Below are positions 10,040-19,062 of a stretch of 59,027 nt of DNA, piece after piece. A model generated the notes under the pieces. That model saw only the letters and a program-made list of their open reading frames with translations, ran no database searches and had not been told where the DNA came from. Made by a program: the position numbers and the translations under genes. The stretch is from the NCBI GenBank assembly GCA_948629335.1, contig CAPHZB010000001.1:1-59027 (forward strand), in the 5' to 3' direction. This stretch comes from an uncultured Bacilli bacterium (GTDB taxonomy: Bacteria; Bacillota_I; Bacilli_A; RF39; UBA660). How positions within the stretch are numbered: the first letter of the stretch is position 1; every line of letters starts with the position of its first letter.

Positions 10040-12979
10040 ATGGGTTTAAAACTTGAAAAAGGGTTAAGACACCAAAATGATGCAATAAATAGAATTAATA
10101 AAGTTTTTGAAAACGTAAATATTATAAATAATACTTATAAATATGCTAATCCTTTAATAGATTTAAGTTCAAGTGATTTATTACAGAATATAAAAGATTT
10201 AAATAAAGAACTACCAATTTCATTAAGAGGAAAAGTAGGTATAGAAGACCACTTAAATATTGATATAAAAATGGAGACTGGTACGGGAAAAACTTATGTA
10301 TATACGAAAATGATATATGAATTAAATAAAAACTATGGCATTCATAAATTTATTATTTTAGTACCATCACTTCCAATAAAACTTGGAACAATTAAATTTA
10401 TTCAATCAGATGAAACAATAAACCATTTTAAAGATCAATATAATGGTAAATCAATTGATTTATGTGTTCTTAATGCAAAAAAAAGCAAGAAATCTAAAGA
10501 AAAGTTTCCTAGCTCAGTAAGAGCATTTGTTGAACAGTCTGAAATAATGCAAGATAGAATAACAGTATTGATTGCTAATATGCACTTATTCAAGGAAGGA
10601 AATGGTGCAATGCTTACTAAATCTTATTCTAGCGTTGTAGAAGATTATGATGTTCCAGTAGATGCAATTAGTGCTACAAAGCCATTTTTAATAATCGATG
10701 AACCACATAGAATAGCAAAAGATAACAAGACATTTAAATTTATCTCTGAGAAAATTAAACCTCAGTGCATTATTAGACTCGGTGCAACATTTCCAGAAAT
10801 AAAAGAGGGAAGAAATGTTGTTAAAGATTACCATAATTTGATTTATAATTTGGGAAGTTGTGAAGCATTTAACGAAAATCTAGTAAAAGGTGTCAGTGTT
10901 AAATATATTACTTCGCCAGATGGAAATAATAAAAAAGTTAAATTATTATCTATTGAAAATAAAAGAAAAGCAAAATTAGAACTAATAACAGAAAAAGGAA
11001 AAAAATCTTTTGAACTAGAAAAAGATGAATCGCTAAAAAGAATTGATGAATCATTTGAAAATATTACAATTGAAGGAATTGGAAAAACTTTATTTTTATC
11101 TAATGGTCAAGAATTATCTGTAGGTTCTGAAATATATACTGATATATATTCAACCTCTTATCAAAGAGTAATGATTCAAAATGCTTTAGATTCTCATTTT
11201 AAAACAGAAAAAGAAAATTTTAAAAGAAAAGATAAAATTAAAACTTTAGCATTGTTCTTTATTGATGATATAGATTCTTACCGTGAAAATAAGCAAAATC
11301 CATCACCAACGTATCTAAAAGATGTCTTTGAAGAATTATTAAAAGAAAAGATAAAAACAGAATTAAATCATATTGATGATACTGATTCTAATGAATTACT
11401 ATATCAAAATTATTTAAATGCAACTTTGGATAATATTTCTGAGTGTCATGGTGGCTATTTTGCTAAAGACAATAATGACTCTGATGATGCTATAGCTGAA
11501 GAAGTAAGGCAAATTTTAGTAGATAAAGATGGGACTGTATCAATTTATAAAAATAATGGAAAGTTTAATACATTTCGATTTATCTTTTCTAAATGGACAT
11601 TAAAAGAAGGATGGGATAATCCAAATATATTTACTATTTGTAAAATAAGGAGTAGTGGCTCAGAAATAAGTAAATTACAAGAAGTTGGTCGTGGACTAAG
11701 ATTGCCAGTAAATGAGATGTTATCAAGAATATCAAATGAGCAGTTTTATTTAAATTACATAGTGGATTTTACTGAAAAAGATTTTGCAACAAAACTAGTT
11801 AATGAAATAAATGGGGATTATGCAGAAAACAATAAATTATCTGATGAAATCATTGAACTAGTCAGTGAAAAAATAGGAAAAAGTGTTAAAGAATTATTTA
11901 TAGAATTATTAACTAAAGATTATATTGATATGGATAAAAATATAGTAGTGGAAAATCGTGAAGAACTATTTAATGAGTATCCTGAATTGATGGTAGGATT
12001 AAAGTCAAGAAAAATTATTGATGAAAACAATAAAATCGATTTACCTAAAGCAAAAATAAGAATAAATAAATTTAAGGAAATAAAAAATTTATGGGAATTG
12101 TTAAATATGAAATATTTTATTTCATATCAAGATATTAATCCAGAAGCAATAATGATTGAAATATTAAAAATATTAAAAGACGGAGTACAAGGAACAACAA
12201 TTTTAACTTCTCATGAGAATACATTAGTTAATAATAATGGTGCAATTACTTTATCTGAAGAATCAAGTAAAGAATATGAAGTAAAAAAGGATTTTATAGC
12301 ATACAATGTTTTTTTAGATAAAGTATATAAAGGTACTAATATACCGATTAATATAATTCATAGTGCGTTAGTAGAGTATAATAAAAATAACAAAATAGCA
12401 GATGATTTTTTTAATACTAGTACTCTATCAGTATTAATAAACAAAATAAATGAATGGAAATATAAAATGCTATTTGGTAAGTTTAAATATACATCTACAA
12501 GTTTAATTGAAGAAGAAACAAAATTAACTGATAAAGATGGAAATCCAAAAGTAGAGGCAGAAGGTGTTCTTGGAGTATCTTATTCAGATAAAAAGCCAAG
12601 TGACAATTATTTATACGATATATGTTTATATGATTCAGAACTAGAAAAGAAAAATATTACAACAGAAAATAATGAAGTTATAGTATTTGGTAAAATTCCT
12701 AAAAGTAGCATTAGAATACCATTAATAGGTGGAGGAACATATAGTCCAGACTTTATGTATATTGTTAAAAGAGACAATGATATAAAAGAAGTAAATTTAG
12801 TTATTGAAACAAAGGATTATAACTCATTTGACAAAATTCCTCCAGACCAACAATTTGAAATTAATTGCGCAAAGGAGTTTTTCAAAAAACTTCAAGAAGA
12901 AAATTACAATGTACAATATAAAGTCCAATTAAGAACTACTCAAATGCTAGATATTATAAAGAATTTATCGAATACATGA
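10040..12979 (+). CDS. res: Type III restriction enzyme Res subunit (SF2 helicase plus PD-(D/E)xK nuclease)
   Basis: ETGTGKTY Walker A, IIDEPH (DEAH-type) motif, QEVGRGLR motif VI, and a C-terminal YSPDFMY...NLVIETK nuclease motif. Start chosen at MGLKLEK after AAAGGAGG. Confidence 0.9.
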   Translation: MGLKLEKGLRHQNDAINRINKVFENVNIINNTYKYANPLIDLSSSDLLQNIKDLNKELPISLRGKVGIEDHLNIDIKMETGTGKTYVYTKMIYELNKNYGIHKFIILVPSLPIKLGTIKFIQSDETINHFKDQYNGKSIDLCVLNAKKSKKSKEKFPSSVRAFVEQSEIMQDRITVLIANMHLFKEGNGAMLTKSYSSVVEDYDVPVDAISATKPFLIIDEPHRIAKDNKTFKFISEKIKPQCIIRLGATFPEIKEGRNVVKDYHNLIYNLGSCEAFNENLVKGVSVKYITSPDGNNKKVKLLSIENKRKAKLELITEKGKKSFELEKDESLKRIDESFENITIEGIGKTLFLSNGQELSVGSEIYTDIYSTSYQRVMIQNALDSHFKTEKENFKRKDKIKTLALFFIDDIDSYRENKQNPSPTYLKDVFEELLKEKIKTELNHIDDTDSNELLYQNYLNATLDNISECHGGYFAKDNNDSDDAIAEEVRQILVDKDGTVSIYKNNGKFNTFRFIFSKWTLKEGWDNPNIFTICKIRSSGSEISKLQEVGRGLRLPVNEMLSRISNEQFYLNYIVDFTEKDFATKLVNEINGDYAENNKLSDEIIELVSEKIGKSVKELFIELLTKDYIDMDKNIVVENREELFNEYPELMVGLKSRKIIDENNKIDLPKAKIRINKFKEIKNLWELLNMKYFISYQDINPEAIMIEILKILKDGVQGTTILTSHENTLVNNNGAITLSEESSKEYEVKKDFIAYNVFLDKVYKGTNIPINIIHSALVEYNKNNKIADDFFNTSTLSVLINKINEWKYKMLFGKFKYTSTSLIEEETKLTDKDGNPKVEAEGVLGVSYSDKKPSDNYLYDICLYDSELEKKNITTENNEVIVFGKIPKSSIRIPLIGGGTYSPDFMYIVKRDNDIKEVNLVIETKDYNSFDKIPPDQQFEINCAKEFFKKLQEENYNVQYKVQLRTTQMLDIIKNLSNT

Positions 12980-13064
12980 ATACATAATATGAATAATAAA
13001 AGTAAAATATAATTATATTTTCATATTAAGTATTTTGAATAAAGTGAAAGAAGTGACAATTTTA

Positions 13065-15059
13065 ATGAAGTTAACAAAGATAGAAATTAAAAATTTTAGA
13101 TTATTAACAGATGTTGTATTAGATGTAGATAATGACATGACTCTTATTGTGGGAAAAAACAATTCCGGGAAAACCTCTTTTATGAATTTTTTATCAATAA
13201 TTAATGAGAACAAATCAGTCACATTTAATGATTATCCTATAATTTATAGAAAAGAATTATATAATAATATATATTCTTATTTAAAATCAGAAATCACGTT
13301 TGAAGAATTAAAAGAATTAATAAAAGTTCCAACTATGACATTTTATATAAATTATAAAGAAGATATAGATTCAGATAACTTTGGTTTTTTATCTAATTTT
13401 ATAATAGATATTGATGATAATATAACAGACGCTATTATTAGCGTGAAATATGAATTTAGTATTAGTGAAGAAAAATTTAAAAACAAATTTGAATTTGACT
13501 TAAATAATAAAGATGAAGCTATAGATAAGATTAAAAAAATATTACATAATATATATGGCTCTTTCTTAAAACTAGTTATTTATGCAATAAATCCAAATGA
13601 TATTGATGATTACTTAGTTAAAGATTTAAAAGAATTCACCAATCTATTCAAAATCTATAAAATTTCTGCAGAAAGAACGATGGGAGAAGCAGAGATTCAA
13701 GATAACAAGAATTCACCATTTAGTTCACTACTTATAAAACTATTTGATAACGATATAGACAGCGTCTTCCCTGATATGAAAGAACAAATCAAATCATTGC
13801 AAGAATATGTAATGAATAAAAATGAGGAAGCAGAAATAAAATTAAACGATAGTTTAAATGTGATTTTAAAGAAAGCAATAAAATTTGGTTATCCTAATGA
13901 AAAAAATATTGAATTAAAAGCTAGCAGTAATGTACAATTGGAAAATCAAATAAAAAAGAACACTGATTTAAGTTATTTAGATAATGAATTGGATGAAATA
14001 TTACCAAATGGATATAATGGTTTAGGATATAAAAATTTATTAAAAATAGAGTTTGAATTAGCAGCTTTTGCTAGAGATATAAATAATAATTCTAATAGTG
14101 TCATTCCAATTTTGTTTATTGAAGAGCCAGAATCCCATATGCATCCACAAATTCAGCAAAAATTTATACGATATGTTAATGAATATATTAACGATTTAAA
14201 TTATGATAAGATACAAGTTATCATTACAACTCATTCATCTCATATTTCAAGTGAGGTTAGTTTTGATAAAATTAGATATGCTAGGAGAAATAAATGCTCA
14301 GTTAAATATAAAAATATAGATGACTTTTATAAGAAAAATAGCAAAAATTGCGATTTCATAAAAAAATATTTAACCTTAACAAAATGTGATATGTTTTTTG
14401 CTGATAAAATAATTTTAGTAGAAGGAGCTTCTGAAAGAATTTTGCTTCCCGATATGATTAATAAATGTGAAAGAAAAAGACTATTTGCAAAAAGTAACAT
14501 ACCTTTGGTTTATCAGTATTATACTATTCTTGAGATTGGTGGAGCATATGCTCATAAATTTTTTGATTTTATTGACTTTTTAGAAATACCAACACTAATA
14601 ATTACAGATTTAGATTCAGTTAAAGCAGTTGTTTCTGAAAAAGGAAAAAAATATCAAAAATGCTTAGTGTCAGAAGGAGAAACAACTAGCAATGCTTCTA
14701 TTAAATATTGGATGAAAGAAAAAGGTATAATGTCAAAAAAAGAAATTATTTCTCTTGAAAAACTATTAAATATTAAAGATGAAATTAAAACCAATAATTT
14801 TAGACATATTGAATTTCAATCAAAGGAAGACAAATATTGTGGTCGAAGTTTTGAAGAAGCAATAAAAAATGCTAATACTAAGTATTTTAATATAAAAAAA
14901 GAATCTGACATAAAATTTGAAGATGACGAGAAAAAGAAAACAGACTTTGCTTTAGGTTTATTAATGCAAGAAAATTATAATGTTCCAAAGTATATTGAGA
15001 ATGGATTGGCTTGGCTGAATAATATTGATGCATATTCGACAGGTGAAAATGATGAATGA
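13065..15059 (+). CDS. gajA: OLD-family ATP-dependent nuclease (ABC-type ATPase plus Toprim), GajA-like
   Basis: MKLTKIEIKNFR start. GKNNSGKTS Walker A. LFIEEPESHMHPQ. Toprim signatures ILVEGASERILLP and LIITDLDS. A UvrD-like helicase gene follows, as in class 2 OLD / Gabija. Confidence 0.8.
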   Translation: MKLTKIEIKNFRLLTDVVLDVDNDMTLIVGKNNSGKTSFMNFLSIINENKSVTFNDYPIIYRKELYNNIYSYLKSEITFEELKELIKVPTMTFYINYKEDIDSDNFGFLSNFIIDIDDNITDAIISVKYEFSISEEKFKNKFEFDLNNKDEAIDKIKKILHNIYGSFLKLVIYAINPNDIDDYLVKDLKEFTNLFKIYKISAERTMGEAEIQDNKNSPFSSLLIKLFDNDIDSVFPDMKEQIKSLQEYVMNKNEEAEIKLNDSLNVILKKAIKFGYPNEKNIELKASSNVQLENQIKKNTDLSYLDNELDEILPNGYNGLGYKNLLKIEFELAAFARDINNNSNSVIPILFIEEPESHMHPQIQQKFIRYVNEYINDLNYDKIQVIITTHSSHISSEVSFDKIRYARRNKCSVKYKNIDDFYKKNSKNCDFIKKYLTLTKCDMFFADKIILVEGASERILLPDMINKCERKRLFAKSNIPLVYQYYTILEIGGAYAHKFFDFIDFLEIPTLIITDLDSVKAVVSEKGKKYQKCLVSEGETTSNASIKYWMKEKGIMSKKEIISLEKLLNIKDEIKTNNFRHIEFQSKEDKYCGRSFEEAIKNANTKYFNIKKESDIKFEDDEKKKTDFALGLLMQENYNVPKYIENGLAWLNNIDAYSTGENDE

Positions 15060-16761
15060 AAAGTATAAAAAAGCAAAAGAACTTGCTGATAAAATTGATA
15101 ATGATATTGTAGAAATATTTAAGAATGGTTGCAATTTTAAAGTTGAAGCAGGTGCTGGTTCTGGAAAAACCTATTCTTTAATGAAAGTATTATCATTTAT
15201 TAAAGAAAACTATACTTCTGATTATTTAAAAAAAGGTCAAAAAATAGCATGCATAACTTACACAAATGCGGCTGTAAATGTCATTAAAGAAAGATTAGAA
15301 GATGAATCTTTCATTGTCCCTTGTACAATTCATTCTTTCGCTTGGGATGTTATAAAAAAATATCAAAAGGAAATAATCAAGTTTATTATAGAAAATAATA
15401 TGTTACCTAAAGATTTTGATAAAGAGAAGGATACCATAAAGGAAGTAGTCTATGATTTAGGGGTTAAATATTATGATGATGGAACTTTACACCTATTTCA
15501 TGATGATGTAATTAAACTTTTTTCTCATATGCTAGATTTTAATAAGTTTAGAACTACGCTTGCCTCTCAATATCCGGTTATTTTTATTGATGAATATCAA
15601 GATTCTAATAAAGATATATCTATTAAATTTATTAAGTATTTTATTGATGAAAAACATATTCCTAGTATTCAGTTTGGTTTTTTCGGTGACTCATGGCAAA
15701 CTATATATAAAACAAATAATGCAATTGGAGTTATTGAAAATGATAATATTACTAACATAAATAAAACTGTTAATTTTAGAAGTTGTCCTGAAATAATTCA
15801 ATGCTTAAATAAGATTAGACCTGATTTAAAACAAGAGTCGCCATTTGAAGATGGTGACGGAATAGCTAAAGTAGTTCATTGTAATGACTATAATGGAACT
15901 AGAAGGAAGGATAGATATTTTGTTGGGGATTTACCAGTAGAAGAAATTAGACAAAGATTAAATAATATTATTAAAACCTTTGATGATAGTTCACATCTAA
16001 AAGTATTAATGTTGACACATAAGATTTTAGCCAATCAACAAGATTATAGTAATATATATGACAGTTTTGGTAGTAGTTTTAAAGATGGTGATGATAAGTT
16101 AATAAATTATATAGCTAATGTGTTAGAGCCTACCATAAGTTCTTTATCAAAAAATGATGTAAAAGGGTTATATGACGCACTAGGTACATCAAGACCACCA
16201 ATTATATCTCAAAAGCACAAATTGATGTGGAAAAAATTAAATGATAAAATTCAAGCTAATAAGGATTCTACATTACTTGAAATTTTGAAAATTATTTATG
16301 AAAGTAAAATAGTGCCAATGTCCGATGATGTAGTAAATATTTATGAAAATATGATTAATAATCCAGAAGATAATTATAATGATAAAGTTACCTACGAACA
16401 TATTGCAAATATAAAATATCTTGAATTTGAAAGAGCAGTATCTTTTTTGAAACCGGATTCATTCTTTTCAACCGATCATGGTGTAAAAGGAGAAGAATAT
16501 GATGATGTTATTTTTGTTATTGGTAAAGGTTGGAATTTATATGACTTTGAAAATGTTTTAGTAATGGATGAGGCTACAAGAAATCAAAAATTAGATACTT
16601 ATGAAAGAAATCGCAATTTATTCTATGTTGGATGTTCTAGACCTAGAAAAAAATTGATTCTTTTGATAACCTGTGAGCTGAACGATGATTTTTATAATTA
16701 TTTGGCAGATATTTTTGGGAAGACTAATATAGTAGCATATAACGAATACATTAGTACATAA
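15049..16761 (+). CDS. gajB: UvrD/PcrA-like SF1 helicase, GajB-like
   Basis: GAGSGKTY Walker A, FIDEYQDS motif II, HGVKGEEYDDV and LFYVGCSRPRKKL late helicase motifs. The start overlaps the gajA stop by about 8-11 nt. Confidence 0.8.
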   Translation: MMNEKYKKAKELADKIDNDIVEIFKNGCNFKVEAGAGSGKTYSLMKVLSFIKENYTSDYLKKGQKIACITYTNAAVNVIKERLEDESFIVPCTIHSFAWDVIKKYQKEIIKFIIENNMLPKDFDKEKDTIKEVVYDLGVKYYDDGTLHLFHDDVIKLFSHMLDFNKFRTTLASQYPVIFIDEYQDSNKDISIKFIKYFIDEKHIPSIQFGFFGDSWQTIYKTNNAIGVIENDNITNINKTVNFRSCPEIIQCLNKIRPDLKQESPFEDGDGIAKVVHCNDYNGTRRKDRYFVGDLPVEEIRQRLNNIIKTFDDSSHLKVLMLTHKILANQQDYSNIYDSFGSSFKDGDDKLINYIANVLEPTISSLSKNDVKGLYDALGTSRPPIISQKHKLMWKKLNDKIQANKDSTLLEILKIIYESKIVPMSDDVVNIYENMINNPEDNYNDKVTYEHIANIKYLEFERAVSFLKPDSFFSTDHGVKGEEYDDVIFVIGKGWNLYDFENVLVMDEATRNQKLDTYERNRNLFYVGCSRPRKKLILLITCELNDDFYNYLADIFGKTNIVAYNEYIST

Positions 16762-16879
16762 TTTAGAATTTATTCAAATACATAATTATATGTATGACGC
16801 AATGACATATTGAATGAAAGTAGACCACTCAATTAATAGTGTCATAGTGTCTTTGATTTTAAAATATAAGATATAAAAA

Positions 16880-16918
16880 ATACCCTAATAGCCACCATGC
16901 TACTAGGGTATTATTTTG
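16880..16918 (+). terminator. Intrinsic terminator after the helicase gene
   Basis: A 12-bp stem ATACCCTAATAG/CTACTAGGGTAT (one mismatch) with an 8-nt loop, followed by TTATTTT. Confidence 0.55.
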
Positions 16919-16963
16919 ATTATAAGTCTCTTACTTAACTATTACCTTGTGTCTACACAATAT

Positions 16964-17383
16964 TCATCCAACTCTCTGTCGCATGCCTCCAGATAGATTT
17001 TTTGGATAACTATACATAAAATCCTTTAATCCATATTTTTCTAAAAGTGAAATTACATAATCCTTATTTTCTTTGGTTAAAGTGTGATTAATCTCTAATC
17101 CTAGTAAACAGTTATCTAAAATGGTTCTAAATTCAAATAGGCAATCATCTTGTAACATATATCCAAAGGTAACGGAATCTTCCTTTATAATAGAACCATC
17201 ACTTTGTTTTAAACTGCCTGCTAAAATAGATAAAATAGTTGATTTTCCACATCCTGATGGACCAACAATAGATACAAATTCATTTTCCTTTACGTCGTAT
17301 GAAAAATCAGAAACGGCCAGCGTTTCGGATTTTTTTGTATGATAGATTTTTTTTAAATCTCTAATTTTTAAGATACTGCTCAT
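16964..17383 (-). pseudogene. N-terminal half of the split ABC transporter ATP-binding gene
   Basis: GPSGCGKST Walker A and a Q-loop. It ends ...LSGGMRQRVG*, inside the ABC signature, at the element junction. Its ATG overlaps the SBP stop (ATGA). Confidence 0.85.
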
Positions 17384-18369
17384 TTTTTCATATAGGTTGT
17401 ATCTACTAATTTGTCATATGGAGCCTTTTTATCTAATTCCCCAGCGTTATCAATGATTTCTTGAATATGATTGAAATCTTTTTCACTAATGAATGATGTA
17501 TCATACCAAGCATCAATATCCATATATCGTTTAACAATTTTTGTTAAGTCATTGAATGTTACATCTGGAAAATAATCAATAATAGCTTCAGCAATTTCGC
17601 TTTCAGAGTGACTGTGTACATAGTCAAGGGCACGATCAATTGCTTTTGTGAATCCTTTGATTACATCTGGATTTTCTTCAATGTAACTTTTTTTTGCATG
17701 ATATGTTGTATAAGGAACAACCCCACCAAGTTCTCCTAAAGAAGCTACAACATACCCCTTTCCTTCCTTCTCAAGCGCTAAAGCATTAGGCTCAAATAGA
17801 GAAACATAGTCTCCAGTTCCACCAATGAATGCTCCACTCATAGCAGCAAAGGCAATACTTGTATCGAAATTTACTTCATTCGTTTGGATGCCATTTTGAT
17901 TTAAAACCCATTCAAGCGTCATTGCTGGCATTCCCGCTTTTCTTCCAGCGATGATATGAGAACCCTTTAAATCAGCAATAGAAAAGTTTTTCATTTCTTT
18001 ACGTGCTACTAAGAAGCTTCCATCTTTTTTAGTTAAAGATGAAAAATTAACTAAATAGTCTTTTGCGCCTTGGTTATAAATATAAATAGTCTGTTCACTG
18101 CCACAGAAACCGATTTGAACATCATCAGACATAACGGATGCAGCTACTGCATCTGCTCCACTTGTTAAAATGATTTCAACATCTAAACCTTCTTCTTCAA
18201 AGTATCCTAGAGAATGTGCTAAATACTGAGGTGCATAGAAAATAGAATGTGCTACTTCGGCAACTTTTACTTTTTTAAGTGAACTTGTATCTTCTTTTTT
18301 ATTTGCAAGCCATAGTGCTCCTAAGACAACAATTACAAGACATAAAATAGAAATTATAATCTTTTTCAA
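17380..18369 (-). CDS. ABC transporter substrate-binding protein (NMT1/THI5-like, NitT/TauT family)
   Basis: N-terminal signal/anchor MKKIIISILCLVIVVLGALW. General NMT1-like SBP sequence character. First gene of the SBP-ATPase-permease operon. Confidence 0.8.
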   Translation of the reverse strand: MKKIIISILCLVIVVLGALWLANKKEDTSSLKKVKVAEVAHSIFYAPQYLAHSLGYFEEEGLDVEIILTSGADAVAASVMSDDVQIGFCGSEQTIYIYNQGAKDYLVNFSSLTKKDGSFLVARKEMKNFSIADLKGSHIIAGRKAGMPAMTLEWVLNQNGIQTNEVNFDTSIAFAAMSGAFIGGTGDYVSLFEPNALALEKEGKGYVVASLGELGGVVPYTTYHAKKSYIEENPDVIKGFTKAIDRALDYVHSHSESEIAEAIIDYFPDVTFNDLTKIVKRYMDIDAWYDTSFISEKDFNHIQEIIDNAGELDKKAPYDKLVDTTYMKK

Positions 18370-18737
18370 AATATCCCTCCTTTAAATTTCTAAAGTATTA
18401 TATGTAGAAGGTTGGGAATGGTGCGAGTGAGAGTTTTTACTTTTTTCTAAAAGAGTATTCTATTTAGAGGAAATAGGCGTTTTGTATGACAAGAAAAGGA
18501 GAACAATTTTCTATGCAATTTGAATCTTTATATACATAAAAAAGGAAACATAGAAATATAATGTATATATACATTTATAAAGAAAAAGGGTAACTTTTAC
18601 AGGACATAGTTTATTTTGGAGAATACATAAGAAAGCAAAATATAGTTTAAGAAATGCAATAAAAAATTTTTTTGTAAAACAGAAATACAGGAAGTAGTGG
18701 AAAATAAAAAAAGGGGGTTCTCTTTTCCAAAATAGTG

Positions 18738-18746
18738 TGTTATAAT
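18738..18746 (+). promoter_or_regulatory. Extended -10 promoter element (TGTTATAAT) for the rimP-nusA operon
   Basis: TGnTATAAT consensus lies about 60 bp upstream of the rimP start. The -35 is weak (TTCTCT). Confidence 0.45.
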
Positions 18747-18760
18747 GGTACAAGTCAGGC

Positions 18761-18786
18761 AAAGAGTGGGAAAATTCCCACTCTTT
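18761..18786 (+). promoter_or_regulatory. Perfect 10-bp leader hairpin between the promoter and the rimP RBS
   Basis: AAAGAGTGGG-AAAATT-CCCACTCTTT, followed by only a short, interrupted U tract (CAUACAU). Confidence 0.4.
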
Positions 18787-18805
18787 CATACATATGGAGG
18801 TTATT

Positions 18806-19060
18806 ATGGACGTTGGTTCAAAAATAAAAGAATTACTATCTTCAGTGATTGAAGATGCAGGGTACATATTGGATGATGTTACTTTTCAAAAAGAGGGTAA
18901 AAATTATATTTTAACAGTCATTATTGATAAAGTGGGAACTATTTCTATCGATGACTGTGTTACGGTTACCAATTTAATTAATCCAATTTTAGATAAGGAA
19001 GATCCAATCAAGGAAAGTTATATTTTAGATGTGTGTTCAAAAGAGAAAGGTTGTGAATAA
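18806..19060 (+). CDS. rimP: Ribosome maturation factor RimP, N-terminal domain only (short form, 84 aa)
   Basis: Sits immediately upstream of nusA. Has an N-terminal RimP pattern (...YILDDVTFQKEGKNYILTVIID...D.C..V...I...LD...PI...Y.L.V.S). Start placed after GGAGG. It lacks the roughly 65-aa C-terminal domain. Confidence 0.65.
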   Translation: MDVGSKIKELLSSVIEDAGYILDDVTFQKEGKNYILTVIIDKVGTISIDDCVTVTNLINPILDKEDPIKESYILDVCSKEKGCE

Positions 19061-19062
19061 GA

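Larger units (their letters stand above)
2913..16975. mobile_element. ~14.06-kb integrated serine-recombinase element (defence island, degenerate IME-like)
   Basis: Bounded by a shared ACTCT (2908..2912 and 16971..16975). Deleting it restores LSGGMRQRVALIRTL. The inner arms 16949..16966 and 2914..2931 form a 15/18 inverted repeat, as in an attP. It carries recombinase, Bro-N, relaxase relics, Type III R-M and a Gabija-like pair. Confidence 0.8.

Noticed and set aside
2913-16975. Interpreting the 14-kb insertion as a prophage
   Set aside because: No capsid, portal, terminase, tail or lysis genes are recognisable. The content is integrase, Bro-N, relaxase relics and defence genes.
18370-18740. 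A riboswitch (for example TPP/THI-box) upstream of the NMT1/THI5-like SBP gene
   Set aside because: Reading the minus-strand leader, I found no CUGAGA/ACCUGAUCUGGAUAAUGCCAGCG-type THI-box elements or any other conserved riboswitch core.
18511-18867. 118-aa minus-strand ORF spanning the SBP/rimP intergenic region
   Set aside because: Low-complexity Phe/Tyr/Ile-rich translation of AT-rich promoter DNA with no RBS. It overlaps the rimP promoter, leader and start.
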